A stretch of DNA of 64,000 bases from positions 20,026,001 to 20,090,000 of the forward strand of contig NC_043009.1 in NCBI RefSeq assembly GCF_006345805.1. Reading direction: 5' to 3'. This DNA is from Octopus sinensis (taxonomy: Eukaryota). Position 1 is the first letter of the stretch. Each line of letters opens with the position of its first letter. The notes below the pieces were generated by a model. It saw nothing but the letters and a program-made list of their open reading frames with translations, was not told where the DNA came from and did no database searches. Shown piece after piece: positions 50,598 to 60,406 of the stretch. The translations under genes were made by a program, and so were the position numbers.

Positions 50598-50937
50598 AAA
50601 AGTCTCATTAATTATCATTGTTTACATTGTACACAAGATTGCAATCAGTTGTAGATTACAGAAATATTTTGGATTATGCATCAGATAATGTGTTCACCAT
50701 CATCATTACCATCATCATGGGTTTGGGGGTTCAACAGGGTCTGATGAGCTGGAGGTCTGCATCAAGCATCAGCTGTGCTCCATTAATTAATAAACAACCT
50801 TTTGTCATCATTAATCCAATAATTAAGTTTTTTGAGTAGTAAAGTGAAATACTTCTTTTAAAATTTTGACTCACTTGTAATTATTTATTTCACACAAAAT
50901 TAATTTCACCTTCATAAATATATTTTAATTCTATTTA

Positions 50938-51177
50938 ATTCTGTTGTGTCTGGGGAGAGTCATTTTCTTTTTGTGTCTTATAATGTAACACACTCACTGG
51001 TAAAATTTCCACTTATTATTTTTATTTCCCTAAAATTTTCATTGCGTCTTGCAACCTTTTCAATAGTCTTGAAAATTTTAGGGAAATAAAAATAAGAAAT
51101 AAGTGGAAATTTTATCGGTGAGTGTGTTACATTATAAGGCATAAAAAGAAAATTACTCTCCCCAGACACAACAGAAT
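50938..51177. repeat. Fold-back palindrome, 104/108-bp arms (50938-51041 / 51070-51177)
   Basis: 5 substitutions and one 4-nt indel between arms; 28-nt spacer. Confidence 0.93.
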
Positions 51178-51256
51178 ATGCTTCAACACACAAACTCATA
51201 TAAAGAATCTTGCAAACCAAATCCAAAAACGAAATTCTATTTAAATTTATCAATTA

Positions 51257-52875
51257 CTAGCATTATGACCCATCGTTGCCGGGTCATAGTGCTAGTGCAT
51301 GTATATGTGTACATATTACATGTACATCTATATATACATCTACACATAAAATACAAAATGCAAAGTTATATCTTGATATCGCTAGTGATAACAATACTCA
51401 AAATATATAACAGACTGGAATTGTAGGCCTGTCTCTTGCAATTTCGATCAATTGTATCTTGTCCTCCCTCTTGTTTAGAAGTGTGGCTACAATCCAGCCT
51501 ACCTCTACTTCTGGGGGGACATTTAATTTTTATCCAGGACGTCCTATGTCCCAGATATAAAGGTAAAAATAAAATATTTCCACTTTGCAAGGTTCGAGTC
51601 GAGTACAACTTGCACGCTCCGTTGACTCGAACCTTGCTTCTATTGTGGCGAATTTACTGCCTCTCGTTAGATATCTTTCATAGTTGCACCAAGACACTTT
51701 TCGATGGTGCTTTCCTCCAGGTGTTCAAGTCTTTTTTTTTCTCTACATTGTATACTTTATAGACAATAGTCTTTTCTTTAATTTAATTTTTCTATTTCAT
51801 TTGGTGGTGTTATCCTAGATTCACTGTCTTTGTCGGTGATCAGTCCAAAATAGGTTTGTATTTCTTCCATTTTAATTTTAATGAGTTCGTGCCCGCCGAC
51901 AGCTGCAGCGAAATTCATTTTTGAACTTTCTTCTATCGAAGGCATTCTAACAAAAATGCTTTCGCGTAAACGGTGAAAATATTGTCAATTTCCCCAAACA
52001 GAGACACAATTCAATTTTTAAACAATAACCAAAGCCCCTTCTCCCAAAAGGGGAGGGTTACAGTTTACAATTATTTAACAAATTCAACACAATAACGTTT
52101 CCCTTATGAGGAACCAACCAACGTGATAACAATAGTTAAACAGTAATAATAATAACAGTACTCAGTAGAAGCGCTGTTCGAGAAAACAGACATTACATAC
52201 AGCAAAACTTCGTATAGATACTTAATGCTAGCTAATTAGCAGATAATTTAATGTAAAAGCCGTGGTAAACGGTATGTGCACAGCTCCATCTGGACTATTC
52301 CATTTCTGCACACTAATTTTATTTTTAATTTATTCCCATTCATGTGAAACCACTTATTCAAGTTCAAGTCATTGATGCAATTTTATACCAATTGCTATTT
52401 TTACTTTTGTTATGTTATGATTATATTATACTTTAGTTTGATTTTAATTATTACTTACTACATATAATTCAATTGTTATTATTATTTTTATTGTTAAAGT
52501 GAAAGTATCTGACATAAAATAGAGAAATGTTTTTGTTTCACTTTTAACACGTAATACTGAAATAGTGGAGAAGATATGATATTGCTATGGGCTCACTCTA
52601 GGCAAGAAGCTGAACATTTTTTTGCCCATGAAACTACATGAACCCTAAGTTTGGTTGTGTAGCTCTCAAGTTTTAGGGAATCGTAGTGGAGAAGATATGA
52701 TATTGCTGTGGGCTCGCCCTAGGCAAAAAGTAAAAAAATTTTTTTGATGATGACACTCCCCGGACCCTAAGTAAGGCATGTGTAGAATTTGAATGAAATT
52801 GGTTGTGTAGTTCTCAAGTTTTAGGGAAACACACAGACAGACACACACACATTCTCAGTTTGATATATATAGAGA
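51257..52875 (-). mobile_element. 1.6-kb non-autonomous Helitron
   Basis: Minus strand A|TCTCTATATAT...GAGAATGTGTGTG start; end CCCGGCAACGATGGG-TCATAATG-CTAG|T; same terminal architecture as 23153-23277; internal ~120-bp diverged duplication at 52563-52830. Confidence 0.8.
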
Positions 52876-53303
52876 TTATTTCCCCTTCTGATTACAAGGA
52901 AACATTTGGAAAACTGGTTAATTAGAACATTTAAAGTATTACATTAATGAAATATTGAAGTTTAATTGCTGCCACCACCACTGTCACTATTATCATAACC
53001 CCCCATCAAAAAGGGGGAAAGGTCCCACTACCAAGATGAAGTATGTGGAGGGAAAGATGGAGGAAGATAGCTTTATGCCAGGTGTTGAGAAGCGTTGAAT
53101 GAGAGAGGGACGAGCAAAGATGTCTTGCTGCAGAGGAGATACGGAGATACATGGCTGATGGGGATGAAAGGAAGGTAAGACCAAACTCTCAAAGAACAAG
53201 AAGGTGAGAGCGTAAGAGGGGACAAAGATGGTGGATCATGAAGGGGGATGAGAGAGTGGATGCATATATACATATCATATATACATATACATACATATAT
53301 ATA

Positions 53304-54103
53304 TCATCATCATCATCATCATCATCATCGTTTAACATCCGCTTTCCATGCTAGCATGGGTTGGACGGTTCAACTGGGGTCTGGGAAGCCCGAAGGCTGC
53401 ACCAGGCCAGTCAGATCTGGCAGTGTTTCTACAGCTGGATGCCCTTCCTAATGCCAACCACTCCGAGAGTGTAGTGGGTGATTTTATATGCCACCGACAC
53501 AGGTGCCAGTCGAGGCTGGCAGACGGCCACGCTCGGATGGTGTTTTTTATGTGCCACCAACACAGGTGCCAGACGAGGCTGGCAGACGGCCACGCTCGGA
53601 TGGTGCTTTTTATGTGCCACCGACACAGGTGCCAGACGAGGCTGGCAGACGGCCACGCTCGGATATGGTGTTTTCTTATGTGCCACCGACACAGGTGCCA
53701 GACGAGGCTGGCGAACGGCTACGATCGGATGGTGTTTGTTACGTGCCCACAGCACGGAGGCCAGTCGATGCGGTACTGGCTACGGTCCCGTTCGGATGGT
53801 TTTCTTATGTGCCACCGGCCCTGGTACCACAAGGATACAAATTCCATTGATGTTCATCTAATTGATTCGATTCGATTTGACTTTCACTTGCCTCAACAGG
53901 TCTTCACAAGTGTCACAAGCAGGAAGGTATGCACAGGTGGACTGACTACGTCCCAGGTAGGGGCCACGGGTTATGGCTTCACTAGTCTTGCCGGGTCTTC
54001 TCACGCACAGCATACTTCCATAGGTCTCGGTCTCTAGTCATTTCCTTGGTGAGACCTAACGTTCGAAGGGCGTGCTTCACCACCTCGTCCCAGGATTTCC
54101 TGA
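53304..54103 (-). mobile_element. 3' fragment of the second RTE family with a 63/66-bp tandem array in the 3' UTR
   Basis: RKSWDEVVKHALRTLGLTKEMTRDRDLWKYAVREKTRQD*; (CAT)n tail at 53304-53329. Confidence 0.9.
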
Positions 54104-54105
54104 AG

Positions 54106-54532
54106 GTGCAGAAGTGGCTGTGTGGTAAGAAGTTTGCCTCCCAATCACATAGTTCTGGGTTCAGTCCCACTGCACCTTGGGAAAATGTCTTCTCTATAGC
54201 CCTGGGCTGATGAAAGCTTTCTGAGTGAATTTGGTAACTGGAAACTGAAAGAAATCCATCGTATATATACACACATGCACACACATATGCATATGTATAT
54301 ATAAGTGCATATATATGTCTCCTTGCTTTGAGTTCATAGTTTGAAATGAATGTCTCCGGTGTGCATGCTGTGTCCTTTGTCTCCAATCTTTTGGAGGAAA
54401 CGTCTTTTTACAGAGGAAACTGGCGAAGGGTGGTGATAGGAAAGGCATCCAGCCGTAGGAAATATGCCTCTGGAAAATTTGTCTGACCCTTGCAAGCATG
54501 GAAAAGTGGAAGTTAAACAAGGATGACGATGA
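54106..54532 (+). mobile_element. Family A SINE with RTE-type tail
   Basis: Head GTGTGGTAAGAAGTTTGCCTCCC; tail GGAAAGGCATCCAGCCGTAG...GCATGGAAAAGTGGAAGTTAAAC..GATGACGATGAT. Confidence 0.8.
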
Positions 54533-54576
54533 TATATGCATACATATATATCATATATATATATATATATATATAT

Positions 54577-54705
54577 AGGGAGAATTCATGAAAAAAACAA
54601 AAGACAAAGACAGGTGGTGTAGAAAACAAACATGTATTATCATAACGCTCGGGAATTGAAAATGTCTTTAACGTTTTGAGCCTATGCTCTTCCATGGAAA
54701 GGAAC
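54577..54705 (-). mobile_element. Probable PLE terminal-repeat remnant between (TA)n and (CA)n tracts
   Basis: Minus strand CCATGGAA-GAGC-ATAG-GCTC-AAAACGTT has hammerhead stem II geometry with a decayed core. Confidence 0.4.
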
Positions 54706-54747
54706 ACACACACACACTCACACACACACACACACACTCACACACAC

Positions 54748-54804
<57 letters not shown>

Positions 54805-54807
<3 letters not shown>

Positions 54808-56051
54808 GGGTTGGACAAAATAATGGAAACACCTAGCATCATAGCATCATAATTTTGAAATATCTATAAAGCCGTCAAAAGCTTGTTTATTTTTATGTTT
54901 TTTGATTTATTATTAGTGTTGCTTAATATGTTTTGCTGAAATTGCTGTTTCTTTTCAGATATCATCAAAAAAAGATAATTAAAATTCATTAAAATGACAA
55001 ATCTATCAGACTTTCAAAGAGGTCAAATTGTTGGTGCTCGTATGGCAGGCGCTAGTGTAATGAAAACAGCCGAAATGTTTGGTGTATCAAGAAGTACTCT
55101 CTTGAAAGTAATGACAGCCTTTGAGAAACAGGGAAAAACCTCCTTGTCGAAACAAAACTCCGGAAGAAAACCAAAACTTTCAGATTGTTGGAAAGGATCA
55201 CAAAAGTACAGCTTCTAAAATTACTGCAGAGCTTAATGACCACCTCGAGAACCCAGTTTCAGCAAAAGCTATTTTCCAGGAGCTGCACAAAGCTGGATTT
55301 CATGGGAGAGCTGCAATCAGAAATCCACTACTTTCAAAAACAAACGTTGCAAAGCATTTAGAGTGGAGAAAAACCTACAGAATTGGTCCCTAGAGAAGTG
55401 GAAGTATGTTATTTTCTTGGACATGTTATCCTTTACCTTATTCCCGACAACTGGCCGAGTGTACATGTGGAGACAGCCAAAAGAAGCATTTGATCCAGAT
55501 CGCCTTCTTCCAACTGTTAAAGATGGAGAATCTGTGATGATTGGGGGTGGGGGCTATATCTTGAAAATCCACCAGCCCAATGGTTTCCCTTCATGATAGA
55601 ATTAATAGTTAAAACTATTTAAGCAATTATCTGATCAAATTCATCTTATGGTTGTGGAAGTGTTTCCTGAGGAAAACACAATCTTTCAGGATGATAATGC
55701 ACCAATTCACACAGCTAAAGTTGTTACTGTATGGTACGAAGAACATTCTAGTGAAGTTGAACATCTTATCTGGCCACCACAGTCCCCAGATCTCAATATT
55801 ATTGAACATTTATGGTGCATTTTAGAAAAACAAGTAAGGAGTCGATATCCTTCACTATCATCACTACAAGAACTGGGGACTGTTTTAGCTGAAGAATGGA
55901 CAAAAGTTCCTGTGGAAGCAATTCAAACTTTGTATGAGTCTATACCTCATAGGATTCAAGCTGTAATTACTGCTAAAGGTGGTCCTACTCCATATTAAAA
56001 TAAATTTGTATGAAATTTTAAGGTGTTTTCATTATTTTGTTCGCCCCCCTG
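54805..56051 (+). mobile_element. Full-length (1247 bp) Tc1/mariner transposon, DD36E, transposase frameshifted
   Basis: TIRs CAGGGGTTGGACAAAATAATGGAAACACCT / AGGTGTTTTCATTATTTTGTTCGCCCCCCTG flanked by TA; ORF pieces 54994-55218, 55121-55393, 55363-55596, 55648-55998 with FQDDNAPIH and WPPQSPDLNIIEHLW. Confidence 0.95.
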
Positions 56052-56116
56052 TATATATATATATGTGTGTGTGTGTGTGCATGTGGATATGGATATATAA
56101 ATGTGTATGTGTGTGA

Positions 56117-56170
<54 letters not shown>

Positions 56171-56173
<3 letters not shown>

Positions 56174-56371
56174 ATAACATGTTACATTGCTCGATAGTCA
56201 AGATAAAACTCTGAGTTTCAGATGCCGAAGTGGAAATCCACAATACCATCTCTTCGGTTATCTGGCTTTCAAATAGCCAGATAACCAAAGAGATGGTGTT
56301 GTGGATTTCCACTTCGGCATCTGAAACTCAGAGTTTTATCTTGACTATCGAGTAATGTAACATATTATTGT
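56171..56371. repeat. Fold-back palindrome, 97-bp arms, 7-nt loop, inside a (TA)n-flanked element ending ~56443
   Basis: Arms 56171-56267 / 56275-56371; 4 mismatches, all transitions. Confidence 0.96.
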
Positions 56372-56439
56372 ATAGATAAATTTCCTCTATTTACATAATA
56401 TTGAGGTCTCTTTCTTTCTTTTGTTATCTTACCGTTTTA

Positions 56440-56485
<46 letters not shown>

Positions 56486-56517
56486 TATATCCTTTTTTAT
56501 CATTTATTTTGCAAATT

Positions 56518-56730
56518 AAGGCAGTGAACTACAGAATTGTTAGCATGCCAGGCAAAATGCTTCACAGCACTTCATCCATCTTTACATTTTGAGTTCAAAT
56601 TCTGCCAAAGCCGTCTTTGCTTTCCATCCTTTCAGGGTCAATAAGATAAGTACCAGCAAAACACCGGGGATCGATGTAATCACCTCGTCGTCCCCTCACA
56701 AATTTCAAGCCTTTAATGGAAAGGATTATT
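56518..56730 (+). mobile_element. Family B SINE
   Basis: GGCAGTGAACTACAGAATTGTTAGC head, GAGTTCAAATTCTGCC B-box, CCATCCTTTCAGGGTCAATAAGATAAGTACCAG block. Confidence 0.8.
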
Positions 56731-57835
56731 TATTTTGCAATTAGTCCCATATTTCTGCTCATTAGTGTTTAACTGACATAAATAAGAACTAGCATTATTA
56801 CAAAACAGGCACAGAATCATTGAAGTAGAAGCTTCCAAATATTGGCAGAAATTCTTGGTATTCTGTAATTTGTTAGATTACAACTACCAAAGTACATTAA
56901 AACTTTTGTTGCTAGGAGTGGTTGTAGAATATAATTGTAGTAATTTTGGAATATTAAGGTTGCTTTCATTGCAGAAATTAACAAATATTTTGGGGTCAAA
57001 TGATAATAATAATTATTTGCATGAGAATTATTGTGTTTGGTAGTTCTATTTTAACATGCTACCAAAGACTTGCAGTGAAAATGAAATGGTTTTATGTTGA
57101 TGTGGAATGTTCACTGAATATTTGCATTTTTGTTCACTGCCAGCCTCATTTTTGAAGCTCTTGTGATTTTGGTTTCCCCTAGTTGGTAGGTCTGGAGACA
57201 GATCCAGTGCCCGTAGCCTTCACAGACTCTTGTAGATTCATGCAGCTGATGCATTTAAGGTTTCTCTTGAATCTTTGCAAACCAACACCTTCAAGAAGGA
57301 CATAGAGAGAATTCCAGGGGGATGACATTCTTAAAAGGAAGGACTGGTTGAAGGCCAGGGAGGGGTGGGGTTGAACATAAGAAAGATAACAAGGAGGAGA
57401 GAGGAGATCATGAATGCCCAATAGACAGTGGCATGACCCCAACCAGCTTTAACTCTTAAATGGGGGTGGGGAGATACATCATCAGTCGATGTTTCAAAAT
57501 TTTCCACTGATGTCCAAACGTCTTCATCAACGCTTCCTAAGCTTAAGAGGCTCTAATCAATGGGAGAAATCAAGTCGCAAATGGAAGATTTATACAGCAA
57601 TGATGGAGAAGTTTTTCCTGATTTTTGTTTGTCATCATCATCAGATGATGATAACGATGATGCTCTAGATAGCTTCAGTTAGTTCTGGATGGAAAAAGCA
57701 CATTGATTTTCTTTTATTTTGCCATTCATTTGACAACAATGCAGGAATCTGAAATGAATTTAGACAAATGATTTCATTGCCCTTCTGTCCTAACTTATAT
57801 AATCTAAGAGAGTTAAAATATCATTTTCATAGTTT

Positions 57836-57910
<75 letters not shown>

Positions 57911-58082
57911 GGGTATGTATGTATGTTTGTATCATGCCTGCTATCAATCTGATGGTATATATGTGCCTCATAATATGTTCTGTATCTACTATAATTGATG
58001 TCTTTCACCTGGTGTATACATCCACCACTTAATGTTTTCTGTATGCGTGTGTGTGTGTGTGTGTGTATAGATAGATAGATAA

Positions 58083-58113
<31 letters not shown>

Positions 58114-58303
58114 TAGATATATAAATTCAAAAAATGGAACAAAAACACAACAGATGACAGTAAAACATCTAGACAAATACACGGTACAAAGACAAACAAG
58201 AAAAACAGTAAAAAGACAGTTGGGAAAAACCAAGGCAGGGTCATTCACAGCCTTCTCTCATCAGTCATGTTTCCAGATCATCCTAACAGTTTTGGGCGGT
58301 TAC

Positions 58304-58338
<35 letters not shown>

Positions 58339-59711
58339 AATTCCTTTAATACTATTAAACAAAGCACAATTTGCATAAATTTGAATTTGTTTTCTTTTAT
58401 TGTTTTGTTTTTTTAAGGAAAATGATTACATTTGTTTCTAAAGGAGAAGGTTGTAATTGTTGTTTTGAACTAGATCAGTCTTGAATGCACAGACAATCCA
58501 GTCATGACCATCTTATTTTTGTCCTATGAGCAAGGCACTTGGGACTACATTGTCAAGCACATTCCTTTTTAAGACAATAAGAAGGAAGATTTGGCTGCTA
58601 TTTCTAGTATGTCATGTTACTGCATAGAGTCTCCACGATTCGGCTCATGTTTGTGATGTGTACCCAATAAGTGGCTGTAAAATTAGCGTTCTAATTAAAA
58701 CAACTTAAAAACAATGAAGTAATGGATGTAATAAATTATCTAAATATCAAAACTGATCAATAACATGGCTAGGCTCGTTATAGAAGTGAGAGGATTAGTA
58801 ACGAGCTAATTTTGTACACAACGCGCTATCAATCAAAAATTGAAGTGTTTGTTGTTGTTGTTGGTTTGACTTCAGATCTTTTAAAAATGTCTCCAGCAAC
58901 TCCATGGCACAGCTCGATGTCACTGATTGAAAGTTCAACAGATTAGATTTCCCAACATAGTAAATCAACCAGAGAAGAACTGGGCTAATGTACTGATTAC
59001 AGCATTTTTAATATAGTCTTTAATGAAGTGGTTTATTTGTGAATTCCATTAAAAAAAATTCTAAAATATTTTCATGGTTTATTTAGAGAAGAAACAATAG
59101 CTCTTAAAGCCTTGTTTCAGCATCTCTGAATTTATCATTGATTTTGCCACTAAAGTAGCTCAGGGCTGGCAGGGGAGGGTAGATTTGGTGAAGAATTAGG
59201 TCTTCCAAACAGCTTCCATCAACCAAATTTCCTGCCCAAGGTTTGTGTTGACATGAAGCTATGTATAACACCCTTTCCCAAGGTGCCACACACAAGGATT
59301 GAACCTGGAGTCATGTAGTTGTCAGAAGTGGAATTGTTAATCACACAGCTATACTTAGAACCTGAAAGTTGAGATGATTTAAGAGCTAAAGTGGAATCTG
59401 GTGCCCAGATTCAATTCCTTACTGAAATCATGTTAATTATAACTCTGCTTATAAGGAAAGGATGAAAATCACACAATCATATTTCCATTGTTATTTTTGA
59501 ATTGTTGTTTCTATGTTATAAGTGCATGCATGGAGATGTGGTTAAGGAATTTTAAGGAGTTTGTTTTCTAACTACATGGTTCCAGGTTCAAACCCTCTGT
59601 GTGACTCCTTCAGCAAGTGTTTTCTGCTATATCTATCCAGTGAGTGGAATTTCATATAACTATACAGAAACCTCTCTCTCTCTCTCTTTCTCTCTCTCTC
59701 ACTCCCTCACT

Positions 59712-59772
<61 letters not shown>

Positions 59773-60406
59773 ATATATATATACATACATGCATGTATGA
59801 GGAGAAAGGACAACAAAAACCAAGGCAGGACAAGTATCTCAAGTCATTTAGAATATTTAATTAAAGTAAGGTGAATTTGAAGTAATTAATTAATTAATTA
59901 ATTAATTAGTTAATTAATTAATTGGATCTCTTACACCTGTCTCTGGGATATCCCAAATAATAGGCTAGCATCTCCATACACTGGGTATTCTGTCATCAGA
60001 GACAAGGTGAGTGTGTATAAAAGTTCTAGACAGGGAATTCACAGTTTGTAAAGGCATAAAATAGTAGAAAGAAGAATAAAGAGTAAAACAATAGATAGAT
60101 AGATAAATTTCTTTATTGGCCACACAGGGCTAAACACAGAGGGGACAATTACAATGTAGAGTTTTTCTTTTCGGGGGGGGGGGGCGAAAACAAAGTAAAA
60201 AAATTGGGACAACGATCAAAATGGATCGAAATCGTTGGGGATATAGGCAAAAAAATGTTGAAATAGTACAAAAAGTTCCCAAGAAATGGGGAGGTTTATC
60301 TGTGGAAAGAAAAACCTACAAAAAGACCACAGTAACCTCGGGCAATTACGTCACATATTAACATTTATTTACAAATAAGTAACTCTCTGTATTAAATTTT
60401 TACATT

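Noticed and set aside
53489-53830. CRISPR-like regular repeats
   Set aside because: Units are contiguous with no unique spacers and lie in a eukaryotic LINE 3' UTR.
57230-57545. Possible LINE 3' remnant (SPWNSL...LQRFKRNL) and a TTGATGAAG...TGAAACATCGAC hammerhead-like string on minus
   Set aside because: Too short and decayed; stem II does not pair.
59883-59922. (TAAT)n run, also at 32515-32536
   Set aside because: Simple repeat; homeodomain-site reading is unsupported.
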